Assembly: GCA_964187785.1 (NCBI GenBank)
Contig: OZ076411.1
Span: forward strand, 42,098,001 to 42,162,000
Direction of reading: 5' to 3'
DNA: 64,000 nucleotides
Source: Amphiscolops sp. MND2022
Lineage: Eukaryota
The notes under the pieces were generated by a model that made no database searches, was not told the DNA's origin, and saw nothing but the letters and a program-made list of their open reading frames with translations. How positions within the stretch are numbered: the first letter of the stretch is position 1; the number at the start of each line of letters is the position of its first letter. Both the position numbers and the translations under genes were made by a program. Shown piece after piece: positions 38,788-51,200 of the stretch.

Positions 38788-41700
38788 TCATTTATTAGAG
38801 GTATTACCTCGCTTGGAAGCTCTACCTTTCCTCATTTCTTCAATTTTCCCCTTCATCTTTCCATGCAAAACAGCGGAAGTTTGGGCCTGACTGGTTCTTA
38901 CAGGAGGCGGGGGGTTCCGCATGCGTTCCCTAGCAGCTCTTTTGACTGACTCTCTGCCGCAACCGTGCGTTTCAGGGCATCTATGAGAAGAGCAGAACAG
39001 CAGTTCGCAATAATTGCATTTAAAAGAAAGGGTTACGATTGACGCCTTGCATTTAGTTTCATTGCATACACTGTTCAACTGCTGGAAGGCTCCACAAATT
39101 TCATCGAAATCATCACTGTCTAAAGCTTCAATCTTCTTTTTTGTTTTCTCCTTATAGTTGTCAGGTTTGGCAGCAGTGGATTTACAAGTACTTTGTTCCT
39201 GAGCTTTGTTCAGTTTTGCGCAATGTAGAACGTGTGTGCTGAAATTAGACTCCGGTATCTTTTTGAAACAAATCGAACACAAAGTGTCGGGATCAGACTT
39301 TTTCACGAAAGATGACAACACTGCGCTCTTTTCACTTTCTGTCTGAACATCGAGTTGATCATGCGCATTCAAAATGTCAAAACTGGGAGTGCTTTTCTTT
39401 TTCTTTTTCGAAGCCATTTTTCGAGAAGTCCCATCACCATGTGAAGACTGAACGTCTCCATTGTGTGATGATTTTGGTTCCTCTTTATCAATAAAATCGT
39501 TGTTTTCGATATATTCAGTTTCTTCCTCTCCTGATTCTGAAAATATTTCATTAGTTTGAAATTCTTCGTTTTGTGAGATCTTTGAACACGAAGCAGTTGC
39601 TGTAGCAACTTTTGAAATGACGATCCGACGACTTGATCCCGACCCAACACTAGTGTGCTTCAGATTAAGCTTCTCTGCTTCTTCGTGAATAAATGCTCTA
39701 GCAGCTGCAGATAATGTTTTAGGAAACTTCAGATCCGTTCTGTTTCGTTTCTCAGCAAATGCATGAATTTCTGATTTCAGCTTATCTTTGTCGAAGTAGC
39801 TTTCATCTTGAATTTTAGAAACTTTATTAGGTTGCACAGGTTTAGGTTTTGAAGGAACCTTAGTTTCGGATGAAAACTTAGCTTTATGGAGAAAAGACCA
39901 TTCCATGTCAGGTTTGTCCAAATAATCACTAGCAGGGAAAACAATTCCTTCGGCCTCAATGTAATCAACAAGACTTTTCAAAATAGGGTCTATGCTGATA
40001 GTTTGAGAGTCCGCAATGACGCAGACATGCCGTTTTGCTCTTGTAATGGCAACATTAAGTCGTCTAGATTCTTTGAGAAAACCAATTTCAAAGTTTTTGT
40101 TGCTTCTGACCAAAGACAGAACGATAGCATCCTTCTCTCGTCCTTGAAACCCATCGACACTTTTGATCTCTATATTTGGATAAGATGCAGTAAGGCGACC
40201 ACGGATTAGTTCTATTTGCAAGTTATAAGGTGAAATAACTGCTATTTCTTTTTGAGGTACTCCCAATTTTATCAAAGATTTGACATGATAGGCTACAAGG
40301 TCAGCCTCAAATTCGTTGCCTTTACTTTCCTCAAACTCAGCATCAAGTTCAAACATTTCAGATCCATCCGTATCAATCAACATCATAGCACATTCATTCA
40401 AAAAACTCAACTCATCGTCGAAATTCGAAATGACGTCTTGCAACATTCTCGTTTCAATTTCGCGAGATCCCACTTTGAGTTTATCTTGATAGAACTGATG
40501 TGAAGCCCATTTCATGATACTTTCATTCATTCGGTACTGTATATCTAGTAACCTTACACACTCAGGCTGTTTGTCAACAACCCGCTCTAGAAGGCTGATA
40601 CTGAGACCCTCTGCGGCGCTGTGTGGAGACATTACCGTCGGTGGGAGCTGCATGTGATCACCAGCAAGGATAACCTTCTTGGCACGCATCAATGGAATCC
40701 AGCATTCGGCCTCCAACGCTTGTCCACTTTCATCAACAACGCAAACATCAAAAATAGGATCCGCCATATTCTTCAAGATACGCAATGCCCCGTCTTCATG
40801 AGCAGACGTGCAAGTTGACAACACAATGTTACATGACGTAATAATTTCTTTTACACACTTTTCTTCAAGCTCTTTCAAATCCTTCTTCAAATGTGATATT
40901 TTACCGGCTGCTTCTTTGACAACACTTCCAGTGTTATCAGATGGAGTAGACAAAATTAGCTTACTCTTGAGAATTTCATTGCGAAGATCGCGGATGACGT
41001 CACTGAAATCGCTTTGAAGAATGAGGGAGTCGAGCGTGAACAAACGACCTGATTCCGAAGCCCGAGCAGGGTGACCTAGTCGAACTATGTTGACTGAAGC
41101 ACTCTTTTTGTACTTAGCCAGTTGATCAACTAAATTGTCAACAGCAACATTTGAAGGTGCACAAACTATCAACTTGTTGCCTCTACACACTTCTTGCAGT
41201 ATGGTTTCAACCACAGTGGTCGTCTTTCCAGTACCTTACCCACACAAAGTTGAATTCGAAGACGTTCACTAATAGTTCCAATATTAATTAACAGCCTTAT
41301 TTCACACAGATTTGCATGTATAATTCGAAAAATTGATCTCAACTGGTTCGCTCAAAAATTCGTTTTTACAATTCCTGAGGAAATCAAACCATAAAAAATT
41401 CAAGAAGTTGGAGTTCAGAGTTAAAGAGAATAGCAACTTGATTGTAAAAGGTGAAAATACTAATACGGCCGTTTTTTTCAAGAGAATGCGAAATGTGTAC
41501 AGGATCCAATTTTGTGTAGTATTAACCGGGAGGTCCGTGAACTATAGCCAGATGTTTCTGCTTCAAACAGAATTGCACACAGCTCGTTTGGCTGGCGTTC
41601 AGACTTGGATTGAAAAATTTGTTCACGTTTTGATCCGCTTCGCTGATTTCGGCAACTGAGCCTGCCTCTTCTGTGGCACTTTTAGAAAGCCGAACGTCAC

Positions 41701-42289
41701 ATCTTTCATCTTGCTGCGCTTCCTTAAGAGCAAACAAAATAGATATCAAAGATTCAGACTGTGCAGAAATTCCATTCGCACCAACACCGTTCAAAACTCG
41801 ACTCAAGACTCTGTTGAGACGCTTATAAGTGACATCGGATGGTACTTTGACAATGGAAACATCTCGAACGTAATGAAGGTTGCTGTTAGACATACCTGCT
41901 GGTAAATTGTCACAGGCAACCGTGATTGAATGTGAAGTAATCTTGGTAACAGTCCCGCGGGAGCCCAGTTTTGATGAACAAGCTAAATCGTTTTCATTTC
42001 TGGGCACTGCGCCAGTCGAATAAATCCCAACAGAAATAATATCTCCACTTTTAACACACACGCTTCCCAGATTTCCATGGTGTACTTTCTGCAGCGTTAT
42101 TATGTGTCGACCATACATGCCTATGCAGTGATCGTTTATTACCAAATTGAACAGTCCGTATCCCATTTTTTCCAGCATCCTCGGAGAATTTGATGACAAC
42201 ACATTTTGGTACGATTCCGTCTCACTTTCTTGCTCCAAACTCAACAGCCTTATATGTTTCTTGATGAAGTCTTCGATGTCCGGATGCAT
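38788..42289 (-). CDS. IGHMBP2: DNA-binding protein SMUBP-2 / Upf1-like SF1 helicase, 2 exons: 42289 (or 42307)-41527 and 41234-38788
   Basis: Walker A HGPPG|TGKT is rebuilt across the intron. Also VVDESGQALE, LAGDHMQLPP, LDIQYRMN, SVDGFQGREK, RRLNVAITRAKR, an R3H domain (ARAFIHEEAEKLNLKHTSVG) and a C-terminal AN1 zinc finger (CNYCELLFCSSHRCPETHGC). Confidence 0.96.
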
Positions 42290-42805
42290 TGCTACCTTGA
42301 AAAGCATCAGTTCATGATTATATTTTCAGCACGAAATTGCGGAAACGGAGACTAGAAAAGGATTTGGAGAAGAAAACGGCACAAGCAGCGTTCGCAGCTT
42401 CTTCTGATTTGGGATCGGTCGTCAAAAAGAATTACACTGCATATGAAACTGTTAGTACTTCTACGCTGTGATGTTTGCTTAAAATTCTAGCCTTAACTCA
42501 AAAATTACATGAGCAAATTTTCCTATCATATCACATAATGCTTGAATGCTTTTTGAGCTTAAATGAAAAATGGACAATTTGCTGAAGTCTAAGGCTAGCT
42601 AAAATATCTGCATGACCGAAAAGAAAAGAATGAGACTCCAAATTTGAGTGGCTAGAGCCTCTTAGCTGCACCATAGAAATATAGAATACTTAGATTGGAT
42701 TATAAGGTAATATAAATGTTCGAGATAATCATTACTATTGAATTTACAATCTTACAGACTGCAATTCCCAACCCGAGACAGCGGGAAAGAAGAAACGCCT
42801 CTTTC

Positions 42806-44559
42806 ATGGATTCCAAGAACGAAGTTGAAAAGGATCCTCAAGAGTAAGAATTTTTCCACTAATTATTTGAAAGAAAAAAATGTATACTAACGAATTAAAC
42901 ATTTTTGACAATCACAGAAAAGACAAAGAAAACATGCGACAAAGAATATGAAGATAAGGCGATTTAAAAGCCGCTCATTTCAGGAAAGCATCACTTCTGC
43001 AAAGTTTTGACACCGGTAGCGGCTCAGTAGAAGACAGGAGAAAATCGGACGATAACCATCAATCAGGCATGCCGAAAAGTTCAGTGGCAAATGCCCAAAC
43101 TTCATCCAGCGAAAATGTGCTACAAGTGGCCGACTACAGGATCAAGAAAGCCGGAAGTTTCAGCTGCGAGGTGAGCGGAAAATTTTTGATAAGGGTCTAT
43201 TGCTGAGATAAAATGCCAACTTTTTTTTATCCAACAAGCTTCGAAGGTATGCTCCTGGAAAAGCTTCAGGATTTTGTGCTTATTAGAGGGCAATGTTTAT
43301 TCATATACGTAAGAATCTATTTATATCCGCATTTTTGGCGTAATATTAACTATAAATAACGAGATTGGATTGCATTATCGACCGTGCTACAATCCATCAC
43401 CTGGAACTGTTATAGAAAATAAATACTTGTTTTGCAGGCATCGCATCCTTTGGAGATGTGGCGAAGGGCTTCTTTAATGTCGCAATCGAGTCGACGCCGA
43501 GGCAGTTACATGTTTGTGCATAAGGATTCTTTAAGTTCTCTGAACATGCTGGGAGTAGCAAACATGCCAAACAACTACCCGATAACATCAGTGTCCACAA
43601 GTCTTTGTACAACTACAGCAGTTTCTAACATGAACAACCTACAGACATCGACCGAACACCACTCCAGTTCTAGCTTCAGTGCATCACCCAATCCGTCGCC
43701 CTCACCCAACAAAACAGCCGCTCAGATGACGGCAGTTCAGGTCACTGACATAGCAAGAGCCACGACTCCTCTCAGTATGAACACACTAACGGCTCCCACA
43801 ATATTTGAGATCAGCTGTTCCAACCCTGATTTATCAGAAGAAGCCCAAGGAACAAACACGGGAGGTCCCAAACCTACGTTGATATATCAGCCACAACCAA
43901 TCAAAGAAAATTTACTAGAGCCAGGGATAGAAAACTACAACCACAAACTTCTTAAACGCTCGCGTTCTGCGTCTAAACACAACACACTTCCAAAAGACAA
44001 ACTTTCACCCAGCGAAAGACGGAGGAACTCGGGTCCCGGTAGATGCGAGAAGGGACTGCTGACTCCCGTTCAGCAAAGGAATCTGCGCAATTCATACGCA
44101 ATGCGGTTTTACTCGCATAACAGCATTGGTGCCAATGGAAGCTCCAAAGACATCACCACGTTTGATAGCAGAGGCTACCTCAATAAGTACAAGAAAACGA
44201 GACAAAAGGTGCGCATGGGTACGTGCGTGTGTCAAACATGTATTCGCTATTTGAAGATGGACTGCGAGGGATCTTTGAAAGAAGACCTGTACAATCAAAT
44301 CAGCGGAGTGCCCTACCTTCTGTACAAGATAGAACCCCCCATGTTTCAGAACCATTACACCCTCAAACCAATCAACCTGAGTGGAATTTTCAACGAGGCC
44401 AAACCATTCTGTGATATTCGCTTCGAGAGCTACCACACAACAGCAAGTGCCTTCTACCCCCACAAAATCCGACTATTCCAGGCCAGAAATCACCACTTTT
44501 CTGTTATTCCTAGACACACTCTCCATTCATATTCCTCCAAAATTCAGACCTCCATTTGA
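42806..44559 (+). CDS. Orphan protein, ~448 aa, 3 exons: 42806-42843, 42984-43170, 43438-44559
   Basis: The 375-codon ORF starts at acceptor TTTTGCAG|GCA. Two upstream exons join in phase (GA|GTAAGA..TTTCAG|G, GAG|GTGAGC), giving MDSKNEVEKDPQEKASLLQSF... No recognised domain. Confidence 0.72.
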
Positions 44560-45212
44560 ACTGGAGGCCTCGTTTTATTTAATTTTACTTTGAACTAATT
44601 TATAAGTTTCTATTAATTTATTGATTATTACACTCTTCAATTCATCACTTCCACGAACTTTCTCTTTTGAGAAAAAAATGTTCCTAACATCCTTTCGAGT
44701 GACACAGAAAAGAAACTCAAAATTTCCTTGTCTGAGTAGCATGGAAAACGCACACATAAAAAACGGTAAAAAATATACATGGAATGTTGGGATGTAAAGC
44801 CAAGAACAAATTACCCACAAAAATTGAATTCAGAAACAATAAATTATAAAATTATACAAAGCACACATTCAAATATTACAAACCCTAAGACAACATATGT
44901 TGGAGAATTTTATGAAAAAAATCTCCAATACTAATCCAAAAGAACTCCAAATTCAGATAATTTATGACTCCAGAAAAATAGCAGAGCTCAGATTAAAACA
45001 GCAAGATGTCAAGTGCAGCGCAGAAATAAATCAAATAAAAGCATCGTTGAATCACTCTCAATTCCGCGGGGAAAGCATCGGCATCAGATCTGTTTGGATG
45101 CTTCGACACAAGAAAAGCTATCGCAATTGACAAAAAACAAAGAGAAAACAAATCACATTGAGTCAATGGTATTCATTAATCTATGGCAGTTTGAAGTTCA
45201 ATGGCATTTAAA

Positions 45213-48200
45213 TTAGAGTGTGTAATTGATAGTAGTAAGAGGTCGAAACAATTGGCTCATATTGACACTTGAAAAGGCACTTTGCTTCAAAACTTTATCA
45301 ACCGAATCCTTCAGAAGATGGTACAAGCTTTTTGAAGCAGCTCCATTCCTCATTGCCAAGTTGGCTTTCATCTTATTTTCCTCTGGCATGTTTTGCAAAG
45401 CACGGGCTGGGTCAAATACATAAGCTAAATAGGTCAGCTGGTTGTAGAGGTCAGATTCGCTCACTTCGCGAGTCATGGCTTGTTTTTTGCACTGCGGACA
45501 CAAAGGATGTTTACCAACGAACTTGAAAGGAATACTTCTTGTTTCGAAGTCGCAGTCTTCACATTTGTAGACATTAGCATAATAATTTGCAATAAACTGA
45601 CGCAGCTGCATGTTGAGGCTGTTGATGATGGGTCCGTAAGACTCAGCCAGGGTGTAATGACACTTGAGACATTGGAAGAGAGAAAGAAACGAGTTAGTTT
45701 CATCAAATGCGTTGGATACGGTCATTTGGAACTTGCACTTTGGGCATTTGAACTGGAACGGGATACAGTGCTGGAATCTGGTTTGCAGGTCTGGTTCGTC
45801 TGCTTCAGTTATTGTTGTCTGTTCTCGGGCTGCATATTGGGCAGGATCCAAGCCTTAAAACAATGAAAATACCCAATTTTAGTTTTAAAGGCTTTCGGCA
45901 AAACTTCGACATAATGCGAATTGAAATTTATTGATCACCTACAACTAAAAGTTACTTTCTTTCGCTACTAGAATTTGAAGAATTTTTGTTGATAAATAAC
46001 AGCAATTCTAACCAAGACATTGTGCAATACTGGCACTACTGATCTCATCGATTGGCTCGCAGATTCGAGATATGACAGGATGCAATTGCTGGCTGTAATA
46101 GTACTGAGTATCCAGCACTAACTTGCCCCCACTTTTCTCTATCTCATCGGGATGGTATCCTCGCTGAGTGGCGGACGCTTCTGTCCCGTCTTTGCACACA
46201 ACGTATGGTACTGTGTCTCCGCCTTGCAGCTTTTTGCCACCTGCAATGGAAAAATGTCTTCAGAGCCAGCGACTCATTGACTTTATATCAGGTTTTTAGT
46301 CGGCGCTTTTATTAATAAAAGAGCCCGATTATTACAGCCACTCGTTTTTTTTCTTTTTTAAAAGACAGACTCGAAGCGACGAACGTTAAAATTAACGTTC
46401 AACTACTAATTACAGTAATAAACTACTGGACCGGCAAACGGGGAGCGCATTTAGGATAGTGCAAAGGATCCCCCCTTTAAGTTACTCCATTTTTATCGTA
46501 CGATACAAAACCGGACGAGACTATAGGTCACTATAGATCCCTCCCCCTTCAAGTTTTTTGATATTTTACAGCAAATTGAAGTTTCAAAAAGCCCAAAGGG
46601 TCTCCCCTTTCAAGTTTTTCGGCACTATGAGACTGGCTCAAAATTCTTATTTTTCTATTTTTCGTTTTTTTCTCGAATATATTTTTTTAGATTTTTCGGC
46701 ACTATAAGACTGTTCAAAATTGTCATTTTTCGTCTGAAATTAGGTTTTCTCAGTATATATTTACCAATAATTTTTCCAAAACTATCCGAAACTTGGACGT
46801 AATATCCTGAGTAAAGCGCTATATCCGAATTTTTGACGTTATATCCGAATTATATTCCGTTTTACCAAGGAGGAGGCGGAGGTTCTAAAAGCGCTCCCAT
46901 TTGGGCCAGCACGCTATATCCGAAGTTTGAGACGTTACACCCCGCAACAAATTGGATTTTCAAAAAACCCAAAGGGTCCCCCCTTTTACAATTTCAAAAA
47001 GTTTGAGCTTTTTGAGCCTTAGATATGACGCCGACTTTAGACGTTCCCGTCTTGTTATAATCAAATTTCGATTCCAAAATCTCCGCAATCAAAAGTATCA
47101 GTTTGTTTACAGATCTTTTTCACGGAAGTGAGATTAATATATTGGGAGCGGTACAGTACGAAACATAAGAAGTAGTTTTCTAACCTCTGCTGTTCAATCG
47201 AGCAGCTACTTGCACATGGGGAAGAGATCGTTTGTCTGGGTAAGCTTCGGGAGCTTTGTTTAATGTTTTTCGAATGATAAATTTCTCCAACTCCACCTTT
47301 CCGTTTTCAATTGATGATGCCAAATCAGTTAAATACTGCTGAATATTACACACAATATCTTCCCGCGCTTTATTCGATAGAATCTCGCCAATAACGAACT
47401 CACCAGCATCACGTGCCAAAACTGACCAATCACGTCTCACAATATCTAAACCCTTCAACTCCTTTTCATACTTGTACTCCCCATTGGGAAGAGCAGTAAC
47501 AGCAAGGGCAGCGTACTTCTTTTTCTTCAATAACAGCAAACTTTTGTAAACTCCGTCAATGTCGATCTCTAACGTCTTGTAGTACTTGTTGACTTCAGAT
47601 TTAACTTTATTTCCGATCTTGAAAACTTCATCCATGTTCTCCATGTTAGAGTTTACCATGATAGAATCGGTATCACCGTAGATTACATCGTGTCCCATGC
47701 CTTCCACCAGTTCTTTGGTTTTCATGAGAATTTCACGACCTTTGGCTGTAATTAGGGCAGCTAATGGCTTTGCGTAGAACCTCGAATTGGGGAAACCGAG
47801 ACAACCGTACATACTGTTGGCCGTCAACTTCAACGCCTTCTGTCGGATGTCGTACTGGGCCTAGAAAACTCATTTGAAAGTTCACTACAGACCACATCAT
47901 TTATCAACTAATGGACATTGGAGAAATTCATTCACAAAAACTAAACTAAAAAATGATTCAGTTTTCGGGACAAATCCCAGAGCTATACAAAAATTATATA
48001 ACTTGCCTTCAGTTCTGCAGTCAAATTGGGTGTCTTGAGGAGCACTTTGACTTGTTTTCGCTTGTCCACCAACTTTCTGATCTCTGTTGGCAGGATCCCA
48101 ACTTGGAGACCAACGTCAGGAATGTCTGGCAAAATTTGTTCTTCTATTTGGTCCGCACTGGCTTTTGCCTCCGCTTCGTAACAATGGGCTCTGTTCACGG

Positions 48201-51200
48201 TGGTGTAGCATATATTGTACTCTTGCATGATTGAAGGGTACAAACTGTTGAAATCGAGAAGTAGAATGCACGTGTTGTAGAAGCCTTTCTTCGGCTCCAA
48301 CACTAGACCTCCAGCATAAGCAGCTTTTCGCTTCCTAGCACCACCTCCTTCTATAAAAAACACCAATTATGAAGAGCAACAAACGGTAAAATAAATGAGA
48401 CAGCTATAAATTGACATTTTCAACTTTTTAGTCGACGTTATATATGGAGTATAGAGCCGACGAATAAAGTTATCGTTCGTTTTTTTTTCAATCCTCATGT
48501 GGTGACCACAGAAATTGATTTGAAAGTACAAGTGTGACATTTGAATGTCATAAGTGAGAGTTCAGTGCCATATTATGCAATGATGAAACTGGAAACTTCT
48601 GTTTGTACTGAGTTATAGTTTGATTGGTATTTGATAGATTGATAAGTTTGGTCTTTCAGAAACTCTCACTTTGCCTCAGAACGCACCAAAAGAACGGATG
48701 GTCAAAGAGAAAGATTTGATTCTTTTTGTGACAAATAGAAGAAAATACCACCAAAAAGCGGTAATGACCTTTAGCATTTTCATTCAAGTGTAGACTGTGA
48801 TATGAGACTGGGGCGAGGCGCCGACTCATGCCGTTCTGCAATTGGTCCGACGCTAATTTCAAGTTTTACGAAGAAACATTCCCCATTTTTCTGCCGAAAG
48901 CGAAAAAAGCGAAAATTTGGGACGTAAGAAGTTTCGGACAATAAATCTTTGGCACTTACCATTAGAACCAGGCTGCTGATTCTCTTCGTCGCCTTGAGTG
49001 AGGTTAGTCAACTCTTGTTCTATGAAGTGCTGCTGTTGTTGGCCTTTCTTGAAGGACTTATCAGGCACAACGTATCCCTTCTCGTGAAAAGCATGGAGCA
49101 AGAGGAACTCGTTTCTCTCAGCTCGACCTCCGGCAAAAGTCCTCGATGCAACATTTCCAGCGATTGTTGTGATCTGAATAGCAAGTGGAATAGACTGTAA
49201 TTCGTTAGCGATTCGGAAGCAATAAGAGGCATCATTCAAAGTGACAGCAATCAACTGCATCAAGGAGTCATTCGTTGAATAGAAGTTGGGAACTTCGGCG
49301 TAATCTATTTGTTGACGATCTTCATGAAGTATCTGTAAACCTAAAATGTAATTGGCCAAATTGTTTCTGTAGCAATTTCCATTTACAGGAGTGTCTCTTA
49401 CCCCGAGACAAAGATAGTCAAATACACCGACCCCTCTAATCAAAATCACCAACGAACCGAATCTGATCTCGAAACTGTGCAACTTTTTCAAGACGCGTTT
49501 TTTTGGAAGAAGCATTTTTTGGAACTGACACTTTTACTCATCAATACTTTAAAAGTATTACTTTACTTTTGTCGAAATTATACCGTTGATTCAAAAATAT
49601 CCACAATCGAGCAATTTAATGCGCTTGAGCTATTCCAGCCTCAAGCTAGCAGCTGATTTTGGACTTTCCCGTATTTTCTTCCTGACGTGAACATTTCAAA
49701 CACCACTGATGACAATAAAACATATCTTACTCAAGTCAGTTAGCGAATATCCTCGACAGCGTACTAATTCCTTGGCCGATATGGTGATATCACAAATCAA
49801 TCTGCCAGCAGTGAGAGAAGGGATCACATGACCGTTCATTGACTTGGGCGGATGAGTTCTCTTCAGTCGGCTGATTCGAGACCAATGGGGAACTTTGTGG
49901 TACATGAGACGACTCACCAACAGATCCAGTTGAAAAGACATGAGGTCATGTCCTATTAGCACGTCGGGGTCAATCAACTTGATTTTACACACCAGCCAAT
50001 TTAGCAAGGACTTCTCTGACGGGAACACTGTCACATTCTTGATTTTAGAAGCTATGTTTTTCTCGAAGTTGTACGGGAAGATGGAATCCTAATAAAAACA
50101 AAATTGATTATTTATTTATTTTGATAACATAAAAGTTTGAAGGAATTTCTTAATGACCGAAGGTATATTGGGTAATTTCAAGGCAAAAAATCAAAAAGTT
50201 GAATTACAAATTGACTTTACTCAGAAGTATCACTTAAAAATACTTTCCAGACAAAAACTTGAAAATAGTGTCATGACCTGAAATCATGATATACCAAAAT
50301 TCGATGTAAAAGATTTGGAGGAAGTTGATCCGCAAAAATTCACACCTGATCCAATGACTCAAAACTATGCTGAGCCAAGCCTTTTCGACAAAACTTTAAC
50401 GAAATTTTTGTAACAAGACGCCCGCGGACCAGCGGGATATTTTCCGCCCCAAATCTCTTCGAAAAAGACTACTGGACAACAAATTTGTTCCTTGTTGATT
50501 CTTTTCAACATTCCAATCTACGAAGTCTGTCGAAAATTTGACAAAAATTGCATAAAAAACTTTGAAAATTGGAAAATTTTGGGTTTTTTGCCATTTTCGG
50601 TTTCAATTTGATATATTTTTCATTTAGAAAACAGTCATTATCTCTTCGGAAAAGCATACTGGACAACGAATTCCTGCCATTCCTGTCACGTTGAGCGTTT
50701 TCAACATTCTAATCCACGAAGTGTATCGAAAATTTGACAAAAATTGCATAAAAACGTTAAAAATCGAAAAATTTTGGAATTTTATCATTTTTGGGGTAAT
50801 TTTTCTTTTTGAAAAAACGCATTTATCTCCTTAAAGAATACTATTGGACAACGAGTTCGTGCCTTGTTGAACGTTTTCAACATTCTAATCCACGATGTTT
50901 ATCGAAAAAATGACAAAAATTGCATTAAAACCTTAAAAGTCCAAAAATTTTGGAATTTTTGTCATTTTTTTGGTAATTTTTCTTTTAAAAAAACCGCATT
51001 TATCTCTTCAGAATACTATTGGACAACGAATTCGTGCCTTGTTGAACGTTTTCAACATTCTAATCGACGATGTTTATCGAAAAAATGGCAAAAAATGCAT
51101 GAAAACGGTGAAAATTGGGAAAGTTTTGAATTTTTGTCATTTTCGGGGTCATTTTTGGTCATTATGGGGTCATTTCCGTCATTCCCAAAAAAGTCCAAAA

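Noticed and set aside
39312-41017. Antisense or alternative-frame ORFs over IGHMBP2 (and likewise over POLA1, the ZNF gene and the 29.2-kb ORF)
   Set aside because: Shadows of real coding exons, with no independent motifs.
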